In this document: positions 49,042-58,950 of the stretch, piece by piece | Layout of the letters: every line of letters starts with the position of its first letter | How positions within the stretch are numbered: the stretch's first letter is position 1 | Source: Candidatus Kaftiobacterium secundum | GTDB lineage: Bacteria; Sysuimicrobiota; Sysuimicrobiia; Sysuimicrobiales; Kaftiobacteriaceae | DNA length: 64,000 nucleotides | Reading direction: 5' to 3' | NCBI GenBank assembly: GCA_031459765.1 | Contig: JAVKHY010000005.1 | Span: 4,577-68,576, forward strand | Notes under the pieces: generated by a model | Seen by the model: the letters and a program-made list of their open reading frames with translations, nothing else | Database searches by the model: none | Told to the model about the DNA's origin: nothing | Position numbers and translations under genes: made by a program

Positions 49042-49710
49042 ATGTCCTACTACGGGCTCACCTTCGCCAACGTCGGCGATCTGACGCCCCGCCCTCTCCC
49101 GATCATCCGCGTCGAGCCCCACGAGCGCCGCGCGCCCCGGCGCGCCCTGGAGGTGCTCCGCCGCGGCGGCGTCATCGTCTATCCCACGGACACGGTCTAC
49201 GGCCTGGGCTGCCGGATCGACGACGAGGGCGCCGTGCGCCGCATCATCTCCCTGAAAGGCCGCGGGCTCGACGATCCGCTGCCGGTGTTGCTGGCCGATC
49301 CCGCCCAGCTGGAGGAGTACGGGACGGCGGTGTCCGCGGCGGCGCGCCGGCTGGCGGCGCTGTACTGGCCGGGACCGCTGACCATCGTGGTGCGCCGCTC
49401 CGCCCGCATTCCCGCCTTCGTCACCGGCGGCGGAGAGACCGTCGGCCTGCGCGTGCCCGGGCATCCCATGCCGCGCGCGCTGGTGCGCGACCTGGGTGTG
49501 CCGATCGTCGGCACCAGCGCCAACACCCACGGCGCGCCGGCCCCGGTGACGGCGCAGGGGGCGGTCTTCGAGCTGGGGGATCGGGTCGATCTGGTCATCG
49601 ACGGCGGACGCGTCCCGCTGGGTCTGCCGTCCACCGTTGTCGATGCCACGGCGGACCCTCCCCGTCTGATCCGCCAGGGGGCGGTCGTCCTGCGGGACGT
49701 GGCCGCGTAG
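49042..49710 (+). CDS. tsaC: L-threonylcarbamoyladenylate synthase (TsaC/YrdC/Sua5 family)
   Basis: YrdC fold motifs ([22 protein letters not shown]). Confidence 0.8.
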   Translation: MSYYGLTFANVGDLTPRPLPIIRVEPHERRAPRRALEVLRRGGVIVYPTDTVYGLGCRIDDEGAVRRIISLKGRGLDDPLPVLLADPAQLEEYGTAVSAAARRLAALYWPGPLTIVVRRSARIPAFVTGGGETVGLRVPGHPMPRALVRDLGVPIVGTSANTHGAPAPVTAQGAVFELGDRVDLVIDGGRVPLGLPSTVVDATADPPRLIRQGAVVLRDVAA

Positions 49711-49713
49711 CCG

Positions 49714-50190
49714 ATGCGCGTCGCCCTGGCCAGCGACCACGCCGGCTATCGCCTGAAGGAAGAACTGAAACCCTTCCTGCGGGAGCTGGGACACGAGGTG
49801 CGGGATTTCGGGACCCACTCCGAAGATCCCGTGGACTATCCCGACGTCATCGCCCCGGCCGCGGAGGCGGTGGCCCGCGGGGACTGCGAGCGCGGGATCG
49901 TCATCGGCGGCTCGGGCAACGGCGAGGCGATGGTGGCCAACAAGGTGCCGGGGGTGCGGTGCGCGCTGTGCCACGACGTGACGACGGCCCGCCTGGCGCG
50001 CGCTCACAACGACGCCAACATGCTGGCCCTGGGCCAGCGGATCGTCGGCAGCGAGGTGGCCCGCGACATCGTGGCCACCTGGCTGCTGACGCCCTTCGAG
50101 GGCGGCCGGCACGAGCAGCGGGTGCGGAAGATCGAGGCTCTGGAACGCGGGGCGGCCGACACCCCCGGGCGCGGCGGCCACCGGGGGTAG
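49714..50190 (+). CDS. rpiB: Ribose-5-phosphate isomerase B
   Basis: RpiB/LacAB motifs ([27 protein letters not shown]...RCALCHD). Confidence 0.85.
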   Translation: MRVALASDHAGYRLKEELKPFLRELGHEVRDFGTHSEDPVDYPDVIAPAAEAVARGDCERGIVIGGSGNGEAMVANKVPGVRCALCHDVTTARLARAHNDANMLALGQRIVGSEVARDIVATWLLTPFEGGRHEQRVRKIEALERGAADTPGRGGHRG

Positions 50191-50222
50191 CGGACATCCC
50201 ATCGGGTCGGGGAGGTGCGAGC

Positions 50223-50858
50223 GTGAGCAGGGGCAAAGTCTATGTCTTCGATCACCCCCTGATCCTGCACAAGGTGACCATCCTGCGCGACAAGCGCACC
50301 GGGCACAAGGAGTTCCGCGAGCTCGTCGAGGAACTGGCGATGCTCATGGCCTATGAGGTGACGCGGTCGCACCCCACGCGCGAGATCGAGGTGGAGACCC
50401 CGCTGGCCACGGCCCGAGGGCGCACCATCGCCGGCCAGGAGATCGCCGTCGTCCCCATTCTGCGCGCCGGGCTGGCCATGGAGGCGGGGATCACCCGCCT
50501 CATCCCCACGGCGCGTGTCGGCCACCTGGGCATCTACCGCGATCCGGAATCCCTGGAACCCGTGCCCTACTACGCCAAACTGCCGGAGGACATCGCCGAG
50601 CGCGAGGTGCTGATCGTCGACCCGATGCTGGCCACGGGCGGGTCGACGGTGTCGGCGATCGACACCCTGAAGCAGCGCGGATGCAAGACGATCCGCGTCC
50701 TGGCCATCATCGCCGCGCCCGAAGGCATCGAGAAGGTGCACCGGGCCCACCCGGATGTGGAGATCTACACCGCCGCGATCGACAGCCACCTCAACGACCA
50801 CGGCTACATCGTGCCCGGCCTGGGCGACGCCGGCGACCGGCTGTACGGGACGCGATGA
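50223..50858 (+). CDS. upp: Uracil phosphoribosyltransferase
   Basis: [17 protein letters not shown]-terminus and PRPP-binding [16 protein letters not shown] start follows GGAGGTG. Confidence 0.9.
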   Translation: MSRGKVYVFDHPLILHKVTILRDKRTGHKEFRELVEELAMLMAYEVTRSHPTREIEVETPLATARGRTIAGQEIAVVPILRAGLAMEAGITRLIPTARVGHLGIYRDPESLEPVPYYAKLPEDIAEREVLIVDPMLATGGSTVSAIDTLKQRGCKTIRVLAIIAAPEGIEKVHRAHPDVEIYTAAIDSHLNDHGYIVPGLGDAGDRLYGTR

Positions 50859-51325
50859 GCGGCCGCCCGTCGTGGGATCTGTACTTCATGCGCCTGGCCG
50901 TCCTGGCCGCCTCCCGCTCCACATGCCTGCGCCGCCACGTGGGCGCGGTCATCGTCAAGGACCGGATGGTGCTGTCCACCGGCTACAACGACACCCCGCG
51001 CGGGCTGCCCAACTGCGGGGAGGGCGGCTGCGCCCGGTGCGCCTCGGCCGCCCCCTCCGGCGTCGCCCTGGATACCTGCCTGTGCCTGCACGCCGAGCAG
51101 AACAGCATCATCCAGGCCGCCTATCACGGGGTGGCCATCGTCGGCGCGACGATCTACACCACCCACCAGCCCTGCCTGACCTGCGCCAAGATGATCGTGA
51201 ACGCGGGAATCCGGCGCATCGTCTTCGCCGGGGACTACCCCGATCCGCTGGCCCGGGAGATGCTGGAGCAGGCGGGCGTGACCCTCGACCGGATCAGCTT
51301 GGAGTCCGCCCCCGCCGGTCAGTGA
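50855..51325 (+). CDS. dCMP / cytidine-deoxycytidylate deaminase (ComEB-like)
   Basis: Zinc-binding HAEQN and PCLTCAK motifs. ATG overlaps the upp stop. Confidence 0.85.
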   Translation: MSGRPSWDLYFMRLAVLAASRSTCLRRHVGAVIVKDRMVLSTGYNDTPRGLPNCGEGGCARCASAAPSGVALDTCLCLHAEQNSIIQAAYHGVAIVGATIYTTHQPCLTCAKMIVNAGIRRIVFAGDYPDPLAREMLEQAGVTLDRISLESAPAGQ

Positions 51326-52593
51326 CGGTCCGCCCCCGTCTTCGGATTCCGGTGGTCGTGCTGACGGCGGCCCTGACCGTCGCGGCGCCGGCCGCGCCGG
51401 TCCGGCCGCAGGGCCGCATCGGCTTCCCCGACGGAGCGGCGAGCGGGGACGTCACGGACTCCGCCGCCGTGCTCTGGACCCGCGCCGCCGAACCGGCCGC
51501 AGTCCGGTTCGAGTTCGGGACGTCGCCCGCGCTCGGCTCCGTCATCGGGCCGGTGCAGGCGACGGCGGCGACCGACTGCACGGTCAAGGTCGAGCTGACC
51601 GGACTGCGGCCCGGCACGCGGTACTACTACCGGCCGGTGGCGGAGGAGGGGGGGCGTGCGGGCGCCGGGCTCGTCGGGTCCTTTGTCACGGCTCCGGAGC
51701 CGACGGCCGACGCCGACGTCGTCTTCCTCTGGGGGGCCGATACCAGCGAGCGCTACCAGCCCTTCCGCATCTTCGAGGCGATGCGGACCAGGCAGCCGCA
51801 GTTCTTCCTCTTCCTCGGCGACACGGTCTACGCCGACCTGGACGGCTACGCCCGCAGCCTCCAGGAGTACCGCGCCGCCTACCGACGGAACCGCGCCGAC
51901 GAGGCCTTTCGCCGGCTGCTCCGGGCCACCGCCGTCTATGCGGTCTGGGACGACCACGAGGTGGCCAACAACTTCGACCGCACCCACCACCGGCTGCCCG
52001 TCGGCCGCCAGGCCTTCCTCGAGTCCTGGCCTGTTCGCGAAGATCCCGCCGACCGCAGCCGGCTGTACCGCGCCTTCCGTTGGGGCCGGCATCTGGAAGT
52101 GTTCATCCTGGACACCCGTCAGTACCGCACGCCGGCCTCCTGGCGCGACGGCCCGGAGAAGACGATGCTCGGCGCGGCGCAGAAGGCGTGGCTGCAGCGC
52201 GGGCTGCTGACGTCTCCCGCGACCTTCAAAGTGATCGGTTCGAGCGTGACACTGAAGTACCACGGCCCCGACTCCTGGGAAGGATATGCCGCGGAGCGGG
52301 AGGAGCTGCTCGGCTTCATCCGGCAGCACCGGATCCGGGGCGTCGTCTTCGTGGCCGGCGACGTGCACTACGCCGCGGTCCTGCGGCATCCCGGGGGCAT
52401 TGTGGAGGGCGTGGCCGGGCCGCTGGCCATGCACGTCACCAGGCGGCCGGCGGCGGCGGGAAAGCCGGAGGCGGAGTTTGTCTACAACGGCGGGTCGACC
52501 TTCGGGCTGGTGCGGGCCACGACCTCCGGACTGGAGATCGAGCTGTACGACGTCGAGGGCCGGCTGCTGCACCGGACGACGGTCCGGCCGTAG
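51322..52593 (+). CDS. PhoD-like alkaline phosphatase/phosphodiesterase (Tat-type signal)
   Basis: RPRLRIPVVVLTAAL twin-Arg-like signal and a metallophosphatase core (FLFLGDTVYAD, VWDDHEVANN). Confidence 0.75.
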   Translation: MTVRPRLRIPVVVLTAALTVAAPAAPVRPQGRIGFPDGAASGDVTDSAAVLWTRAAEPAAVRFEFGTSPALGSVIGPVQATAATDCTVKVELTGLRPGTRYYYRPVAEEGGRAGAGLVGSFVTAPEPTADADVVFLWGADTSERYQPFRIFEAMRTRQPQFFLFLGDTVYADLDGYARSLQEYRAAYRRNRADEAFRRLLRATAVYAVWDDHEVANNFDRTHHRLPVGRQAFLESWPVREDPADRSRLYRAFRWGRHLEVFILDTRQYRTPASWRDGPEKTMLGAAQKAWLQRGLLTSPATFKVIGSSVTLKYHGPDSWEGYAAEREELLGFIRQHRIRGVVFVAGDVHYAAVLRHPGGIVEGVAGPLAMHVTRRPAAAGKPEAEFVYNGGSTFGLVRATTSGLEIELYDVEGRLLHRTTVRP

Positions 52594-52631
52594 CCGAAAC
52601 CCTGTGGTGGTGGACACCTCGTCGATGGCCC

Positions 52632-52640
52632 TGCTATAAT
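52632..52640 (+). promoter_or_regulatory. Extended -10 promoter (TGcTATAAT) for rplY(ctc)-pth
   Basis: Same TGcTATAAT form as the rpmE promoter. It is followed by a leader hairpin GGGCCGGuagcauCCGGCCC-UUUCCUUU at 52654-52680. Confidence 0.45.
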
Positions 52641-52691
52641 ACGCGTCGGCTGTGGGCCGGTAGCATCCGGCCCTTTCCTTTGGAGGCGGTC

Positions 52692-53405
52692 ATGGATCGC
52701 ATCACGCTGGAAGCGAAGCGGCGCGACGCCCTGGGCAAAGGAGCGGTCCGCAGGCTGCGCCTGGCCGGCCAGATCCCGGGAGTCGTCTACGGGCGCGGGA
52801 TGGAGCCGGTCCCGGTCGCCGTGGAGGCCCGCCAGCTGCGATCCGCGCTGCGAACCCAGGCCGGCATGAACGTCCTGATCGACCTGGCCATCGGCGACGG
52901 GGCGTCGGCGAGCCGGACCGTGATGATCAAGGAACTGCAGCGCGACGTCTTCCGCAAGGAAACCATCACCCACGTGGACTTCTACGCCATCGACCTGGCC
53001 GAGAAGGTGGAGGCCCACGTGCCCATTGTGTTCAAGGGGCAGGCCCGGGGCGTGGCGGACGAGGGAGGGACCTTCGCCGTGCACCTGCGCGAGGTCATCG
53101 TGGAGTGCCTGCCGACACAGATCCCCGAGCACATCGAGGTGGATATCTCTCCGCTCGGCCTCGGCGACTCCCTGCACGTGCGGGATCTCGCCATCCCGGC
53201 CGAGGCGACCCTGATCTCCGAGCCGGACGAGGTCGTGGCCACGGTGGTGGCCCCCAGGGCGGAGGAGGTCCCGGCTCCGGCCGTCCCGGAGGCCGCGGTG
53301 CCGGCCGAGGGGGTGCCGGCGACCCAGGCCGCGGCGGTGCCCACGGGCGCTCCGGCAAAGCCGGAGAGGACGGAAGAGAAGGAGAAGGGCAAGGGAAAGG
53401 AGTAG
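52692..53405 (+). CDS. rplY: 50S ribosomal protein L25 / general stress protein Ctc
   Basis: L25 N-terminal domain (LEAKRRDALGKGAVRRLR, VVYGRG) and the Ctc-type C-terminal extension with a Pro/Ala/Glu-rich tail. Confidence 0.85.
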   Translation: MDRITLEAKRRDALGKGAVRRLRLAGQIPGVVYGRGMEPVPVAVEARQLRSALRTQAGMNVLIDLAIGDGASASRTVMIKELQRDVFRKETITHVDFYAIDLAEKVEAHVPIVFKGQARGVADEGGTFAVHLREVIVECLPTQIPEHIEVDISPLGLGDSLHVRDLAIPAEATLISEPDEVVATVVAPRAEEVPAPAVPEAAVPAEGVPATQAAAVPTGAPAKPERTEEKEKGKGKE

Positions 53406-53433
53406 GGGCGCTTTCCTCTCCATTGACCGGGAC

Positions 53434-53460
53434 CAAGGGCGCTGCCGTGCAGCGCCCTTG
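53434..53460 (+). other. Perfect 11-bp stem hairpin between rplY and pth (attenuator/processing-site candidate)
   Basis: CAAGGGCGCUG-ccgug-CAGCGCCCUUG with no U-tract downstream. It ends 3 nt before the pth ATG. Confidence 0.3.
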
Positions 53461-53462
53461 AT

Positions 53463-54080
53463 ATGAAGCTCATCATCGGGCTCGGCAACCCCGGCCGCCG
53501 CTACCGCGGCACGCGCCACAACGTCGGCTGGGAGGTCGTCTCACGGCTGGGCCGCCGTCTCGGGGTTGCCGCCTGGCAGGAAGAGGGATTCTCCGAGGTG
53601 AGGCGCGGGTCGATCGGAGGCACCCGTGTGCTGCTGGCCCGCCCCCAGACCTACGTCAACGTCAGCGGGGCGGCGGTGCTGGAGCTGTGCCGGCGCCATC
53701 GGGTGGACGTCCAGGACATCATCGTCGTGGCGGACGACCTGGATCTGCCCCTGGGGCGGATCCGCCTGCGCCCCGGCGGAAGCGCCGGCGGACACAACGG
53801 GTTGAAGTCCATCATCGAGGCCCTGGGGACGACGAACTTCCCGCGGCTGCGGGTGGGGATCGGACGGCCGCCGGAGGGAGTCGATCCGGCCGACTATGTC
53901 CTGGCGCGGTTCCGCCCCGAGGAGCAGCCTGTCGTCGATGAAGTCCTGGAGCGGGCCGCACAGGCTCTGGAGGTGGCGGTGACCGAGGGGATTCCGGCGG
54001 CGATGAACCGGTTCAACGCGACCACAGGCCGTCCAGGCGGGCGCGGCAGGGATGGCGAAGGTATCCCACCCCATGCCTGA
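53463..54080 (+). CDS. pth: Peptidyl-tRNA hydrolase
   Basis: MKLIIGLGNPG...TRHNVG signature. Confidence 0.9.
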   Translation: MKLIIGLGNPGRRYRGTRHNVGWEVVSRLGRRLGVAAWQEEGFSEVRRGSIGGTRVLLARPQTYVNVSGAAVLELCRRHRVDVQDIIVVADDLDLPLGRIRLRPGGSAGGHNGLKSIIEALGTTNFPRLRVGIGRPPEGVDPADYVLARFRPEEQPVVDEVLERAAQALEVAVTEGIPAAMNRFNATTGRPGGRGRDGEGIPPHA

Positions 54081-54660
54081 ACGTCCGCCCGCCCCCTCCG
54101 GCCGACTGCCGCCGGGTCAGTACGAGACCGCCAGGTGGCCCGTCCTGCACTACGGCACGGTGCCGCCCTTCGACCCGGCGCGCTGGGACTTCCGCATCTT
54201 CGGCGAGGTGGAGACGCCGGTACGGCTGACCTACCAGGAGTTCATGGCCCTCCCCAGGACGACGCTGACCTGCGACCTGCACTGCGTCACGGCGTGGTCG
54301 AAGTTCGACGTCACCTTCGAAGGGGTGCCGGCGAAAGCGGTGCTCGATCTGGCCGGGGTCAGACCGACGGCGGCGTTCGCCATGGTGCACGCGGAACAGG
54401 GCTATGAGACGAACCTGCCCCTGGAGTACCTGCAGGCCCCCGATGCCCTGTTTGCCTTCCGGGCGGACGGCGCGGACCTCACCCCCGAGCACGGCTGGCC
54501 CCTGCGTCTGGTCGTCCCCCGCCTGTACTTCTGGAAGAGCGCAAAGTGGGTGCGGGGCGTGGAACTGATGGCCCGGGATCGACCGGGGTTCTGGGAGCGC
54601 AACGGCTACCACAACCATGCCGATCCCTGGAAGGAAGAACGCTACGCCGACCCCTGGTAA
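54052..54660 (+). CDS. Sulfite-oxidase-family molybdopterin oxidoreductase (YedY/MsrP-like catalytic domain)
   Basis: Oxidoreductase molybdopterin-binding domain (CDLHCVTAWSKFD, GWPLRLVVP). The start may be ATG 54073; either start overlaps the pth 3' end. Confidence 0.7.
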   Translation: MAKVSHPMPERPPAPSGRLPPGQYETARWPVLHYGTVPPFDPARWDFRIFGEVETPVRLTYQEFMALPRTTLTCDLHCVTAWSKFDVTFEGVPAKAVLDLAGVRPTAAFAMVHAEQGYETNLPLEYLQAPDALFAFRADGADLTPEHGWPLRLVVPRLYFWKSAKWVRGVELMARDRPGFWERNGYHNHADPWKEERYADPW

Positions 54661-54681
54661 GGGGGCGGCCCGGCGAGGGAG

Positions 54682-56655
54682 GTGATGCCGCTGGCGGATT
54701 TCAACTCGATGTGGTACGGGGTGCTGCTGGTCGGGGTTCTGGGGCTGGTCTACGCCCTGGCTACGGCGTCCTGGATCCGCCGCGCCGAGGCGGGCGATGC
54801 CCGGATGCGCGAGATCGCCGGAGCGATCCGCACCGGGGCGATGGCCTTCCTGGCGCGGGAGTACCAGGTGCTGGCCGTCTTCGTCGCCGTGGTCGCCGCA
54901 CTGCTCTGGATCGCGCTGGAGGCGAAGCTGGCGATCTCCTTCGTGACCGGAGCCACCCTGTCGATCCTTGCCGGCAACCTGGGCATGCGGATCGCTACGC
55001 TGGCCAACGCGCGCACGGCCTGGGCGGTGCAGGGCGACCTCAACGCGGGACTGGTCATGGCCTTCCGCTCCGGGGCGGTGATGGGGTTCGGCGTGGTGTC
55101 GCTGGGCCTCCTGGGGGTGCTGGCGCTGTTCCGCATCTTTCACGACGCCAACGCCATCTTCGGCTTCTCCTTCGGCGCCTCGTCCGTGGCCCTCTTTGCC
55201 CGCGTCGGCGGCGGGATCTACACCAAAGCGGCCGATGTCGGGGCGGACCTGGTGGGCAAGGTCGAGGCGGGGATCCCCGAGGACGACCCGCGCAACCCGG
55301 CCGTGATCGCGGACAACGTGGGCGACAATGTCGGCGACGTCGCCGGGATGGGCGCCGACCTCTTCGAGAGCTACGTGGGCTCATTGATCGCGGCCGTGGC
55401 CCTGGGGGTCGCGGGGGCCGGCGGAGCCCTGGTCACGCTGCCCTTCGTCCTGGCAGCGCTGGGGATCGTGGGCAGCCTGGTGGGCACGTTGATGGTCCGG
55501 GTGCGGGCCGATGAATCGGCGCATCAGGCCCTCAACCGCGGGATCCTCGGCGCCACGGTGGGGACGGCGGTCCTGGGCGGGGCGGCGATCTACGTCATGC
55601 TCCGCGACCTGGCGCTGTACTGGGCTTTCCTCTCCGGGCTGCTCGCCGGCATCGTCATCGGCTACGCGACGGAGTTCTACACCTCGTCGTCCTACCGGCC
55701 CACCCGACGCCTGGCGGCGGCGGCGCAGACCGGGTCGGCCACCAACATCATTGAAGGGCTGGCTCTGGGGATGCAGAGCATCCTGCTCCCCGTGGCCGCG
55801 GTGGGCGCGGCGATCCTGCTGGCCCACGCCTTCGGCGGCCTTTACGGCATCGCCATCGCCGCCGTGGGCATGCTCTCCACCCTGGGCATCACGCTGGCCA
55901 CGGACTCCTACGGTCCCGTCGCGGACAACGCGGCGGGGATCGCCGAGATGGCCCACCTGGGCGGGGAGGTCCGCCGCCGCGCGGAGTCGCTGGACGCCGT
56001 GGGCAACACCACGGCCGCCATCGGCAAAGGGTTTGCCATCGGTTCGGCGGCCCTGACCGCCCTGGTCTTTCTGGTCTCCTATGCCGAGGTGGTCGGGCTC
56101 CGCTCCGTCGATCTGCTGGCGCCCACGACGCTGCTCGGGCTGTTCATCGGCGGGGCAATGCCGTTCCTCTTCGCCTCCTTCGCCATGGCCGCCGTGGGAC
56201 GCGCGGCGATGCAGATGGTGCAGGAGGTGCGCCGGCAGTTCCGCGATACGCCGGGGCTGCTCGAAGGTCGTGCCGCTCCCGACTACGCCCGGGCGGTGTC
56301 CATCTCCACCGCGGCGGCGATCCGGGAGATGGTCGTCCCTGGGCTCTCCGCCGTCGTCGTGCCGGTGGCCGTGGGGTTCCTCCTCGGCAAGGCGGCCCTG
56401 GCCGGCGTCCTCGCCGGGTCCATCGTCACCGGCTTCATGATCGCGGTGATGATGGCCAATACCGGCGGCGCCTGGGACAATGCGAAAAAGTTCATCGAAG
56501 AAGGGCATCTGGGCGGGAAAGGGTCCGACCCCCACAAGGCGGCGGTGGTGGGCGACACCGTGGGCGATCCCTTCAAGGACACCGCCGGGCCGTCGCTCAA
56601 CATTCTGCTCAAGCTCATGGCCATCGTCTCCATCGTGATCGCGCCTCTGCTCTGA
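54682..56655 (+). CDS. hppA: Membrane-bound pyrophosphatase, K+-dependent type (GNTTAA)
   Basis: V-PPase motifs ([29 protein letters not shown]). Ala sits at the K+-dependence determinant in GNTTAAIGKGFA. Confidence 0.85.
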   Translation: MMPLADFNSMWYGVLLVGVLGLVYALATASWIRRAEAGDARMREIAGAIRTGAMAFLAREYQVLAVFVAVVAALLWIALEAKLAISFVTGATLSILAGNLGMRIATLANARTAWAVQGDLNAGLVMAFRSGAVMGFGVVSLGLLGVLALFRIFHDANAIFGFSFGASSVALFARVGGGIYTKAADVGADLVGKVEAGIPEDDPRNPAVIADNVGDNVGDVAGMGADLFESYVGSLIAAVALGVAGAGGALVTLPFVLAALGIVGSLVGTLMVRVRADESAHQALNRGILGATVGTAVLGGAAIYVMLRDLALYWAFLSGLLAGIVIGYATEFYTSSSYRPTRRLAAAAQTGSATNIIEGLALGMQSILLPVAAVGAAILLAHAFGGLYGIAIAAVGMLSTLGITLATDSYGPVADNAAGIAEMAHLGGEVRRRAESLDAVGNTTAAIGKGFAIGSAALTALVFLVSYAEVVGLRSVDLLAPTTLLGLFIGGAMPFLFASFAMAAVGRAAMQMVQEVRRQFRDTPGLLEGRAAPDYARAVSISTAAAIREMVVPGLSAVVVPVAVGFLLGKAALAGVLAGSIVTGFMIAVMMANTGGAWDNAKKFIEEGHLGGKGSDPHKAAVVGDTVGDPFKDTAGPSLNILLKLMAIVSIVIAPLL

Positions 56656-56677
56656 CCCATCCCGAGGTGAGCGCACC

Positions 56678-58873
56678 GTGAGCGAGTCATCCGTGACGTT
56701 GCCGATCTTCGGCCGGCTGGAAACCCTGCTGCGGACGATGCTGCTCTTCATCGCCGCGGTGACGGTGGGGCTGTACCTGTTGTACCGCCCGATCTACGCC
56801 GACCATCCCACGCTGGCCACGGGCATCGCCCTCGCCTTCCTCCTCGGGTGTTTCGCCTCCTATGGGGCGGGGTTCGTCGGCATGACCTCCGCCGTGCACG
56901 GGAACGTCCGGGTGGCGAACGCCGCGCGGCGCAGCTACCGCGAGGCCCTGCAGATCGCCTTCCAGGCCGGCACGATCTCCGGCATGTTCACGGTGGGATT
57001 GGGCCTGCTCGGGGCGACGATCATCTTCATGCTGTTCCGGGAGCACGCGATGCGGGTGCTGGTCGGGTTCGGCTTCGGCGGCTCGCTGGTCGCGGCGTTC
57101 ATGCGCGTGGGCGGCGGCATCTACACCAAAGCGGCTGACGTGGGCGCGGACCTGGTGGGGAAGGTCGAGGTGGGCATCCCCGAAGACGATCCGCGCAATG
57201 CGGCGGTGATCGCGGACAACGTGGGCGACAACGTCGGCGACTGCGCCGGGATGGCCGCCGACGTCTTCGAGAGTTACGAGGTCACGCTGGTCGCGGCGAT
57301 CATCCTGGGCGCGGCGACCCTGCTCGACCCGGAGTTCGTGGCGCGCTACGGCGGGCCGGCGGAAGCGGGCCGCTTCGCCCTGAAGCTGATCATCTTCCCG
57401 CTGCTGGTGCGGGCCATCGGGGTCTTTGCCTCGCTGGTAGGCACGTGGGTGGTGCGGGGGAAGGACGAGGAGATCGGCGATCCGATGCGGCCGATCAACG
57501 TGGGCTTCTGGACCGCGGCGCTCCTCTCCGTGGCCGGCTTCGGTCTGGTGAACTGGCTCTACCTCAGGGACCCGGCGACCGGTGCGCCGGACTTCCGCTT
57601 CTTCTTCGCCACGTTCACCGGCATCGTGCTCGCCGTGGTCATCGGATGGCTGACCGAGCTGTTCACGCACCCGGACCGCGGTCCGGTGTCGGAAATCGCC
57701 TACGCCACCAAGACCGGGCCGGCCACCATGCTGCTCACCGGCCTGGGCACCGGGCTGGAGAGTACCGTGGCCTCCATCCTGGCCATCGCCGTGACCCTGG
57801 TCGCCTCCTTCGCCATCTTCGGGGGCAGCGTCGCCCTCGCCGCCTACGGCATCGCCCTGGCCGGCCTCGGCCTGCTGACCACCACAGGATTCATCCTGGC
57901 CGAGGACACCTTCGGGCCGATCGTGGACAACGCCAACGGCATCTTCGAGATGTCGGGGGTGGAGCGCGGGGAGTCGCTCGCCGGCCGCATCGTGGCCCGG
58001 CTCGATCAGATCGGCAACACGACGAAGGCGCTGACCAAAGGCTTCGCCATCGCCACCGCGGTGGTCGCGGCGATCGCGCTGTTCCGATCCTTCATCGGCG
58101 AAGCCCGCCTGTTCGTGACGGCCCAGGACCTGGCCGCATCCGGCGCGGCGCGGGCCGGCGAGCTGCTCACCCGTGTGGGCATCCAGGTCAACCTCCCCCT
58201 GGTCTTCATCGGATTGCTGATCGGCGGGGCGGTGCCGTTCCTGGTCTCCGCCTTCCTCATCCGGGCCGTGGGACGGTCGGCCTTCCTCGTCGTGGAGGAG
58301 GTGCGCCGGCAGTTCCGGGAGATTCCGGGACTGCTCGAGGGGCGGGCCCGCCCCGATTACTCCCGCAGCGTGGACATCGTCACCAAGAGCGCCCAGCGGG
58401 AGTTGCTCAGCCCGGCCATCCTCTCGATCAGCGCGCCGGTGATGGTCGGCTTCGGCCTGGGGGCGGGCGCGCTGGGGGCCTACCTGGCCGGCGCCATCCT
58501 CACCGCGCAGCTGCTCGCGGTGTTCATGGCCAACACCGGCGGCGCCTGGGACAACGCCAAGAAGAAGATCGAGGACGGCTACCTGGGCGGGAAGGGCACG
58601 GACGCCCACAAGGCCGCCGTGATCGGCGACACGGTGGGCGACCCGCTGAAAGACACCGCCGGCCCGGCCCTGAACCCGCTGATCAAGGTCATGAATCTCG
58701 TGGCGATCCTCATCGCGCCGGTCGTCATCCAACCGCTCCCACCCGGCGTCCGCTACGGGGTGGTCGCTGTGGCTGTGGTCCTCGTCGTGGTGGCCGTGGT
58801 CCTGAGCCACCGGAGCACGATCATCGCGGAGGCGGCCCGGGCGACGCTGGCGGTGGCGGCCCGGGTCAAGTAG
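56678..58873 (+). CDS. hppA: Membrane-bound H+-pyrophosphatase, K+-independent type (GNTTKA)
   Basis: Same family motifs. Lys sits at the determinant position in [12 protein letters not shown], and there is an extra N-terminal segment. Confidence 0.85.
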   Translation: MSESSVTLPIFGRLETLLRTMLLFIAAVTVGLYLLYRPIYADHPTLATGIALAFLLGCFASYGAGFVGMTSAVHGNVRVANAARRSYREALQIAFQAGTISGMFTVGLGLLGATIIFMLFREHAMRVLVGFGFGGSLVAAFMRVGGGIYTKAADVGADLVGKVEVGIPEDDPRNAAVIADNVGDNVGDCAGMAADVFESYEVTLVAAIILGAATLLDPEFVARYGGPAEAGRFALKLIIFPLLVRAIGVFASLVGTWVVRGKDEEIGDPMRPINVGFWTAALLSVAGFGLVNWLYLRDPATGAPDFRFFFATFTGIVLAVVIGWLTELFTHPDRGPVSEIAYATKTGPATMLLTGLGTGLESTVASILAIAVTLVASFAIFGGSVALAAYGIALAGLGLLTTTGFILAEDTFGPIVDNANGIFEMSGVERGESLAGRIVARLDQIGNTTKALTKGFAIATAVVAAIALFRSFIGEARLFVTAQDLAASGAARAGELLTRVGIQVNLPLVFIGLLIGGAVPFLVSAFLIRAVGRSAFLVVEEVRRQFREIPGLLEGRARPDYSRSVDIVTKSAQRELLSPAILSISAPVMVGFGLGAGALGAYLAGAILTAQLLAVFMANTGGAWDNAKKKIEDGYLGGKGTDAHKAAVIGDTVGDPLKDTAGPALNPLIKVMNLVAILIAPVVIQPLPPGVRYGVVAVAVVLVVVAVVLSHRSTIIAEAARATLAVAARVK

Positions 58874-58950
58874 TGCGCCTCGCCCCGGTGGGATCCTGAT
58901 CGGCGAGCTCCGCTGACGGACGGACTGGTGAGCCTCCTCCTGCGTCACCG

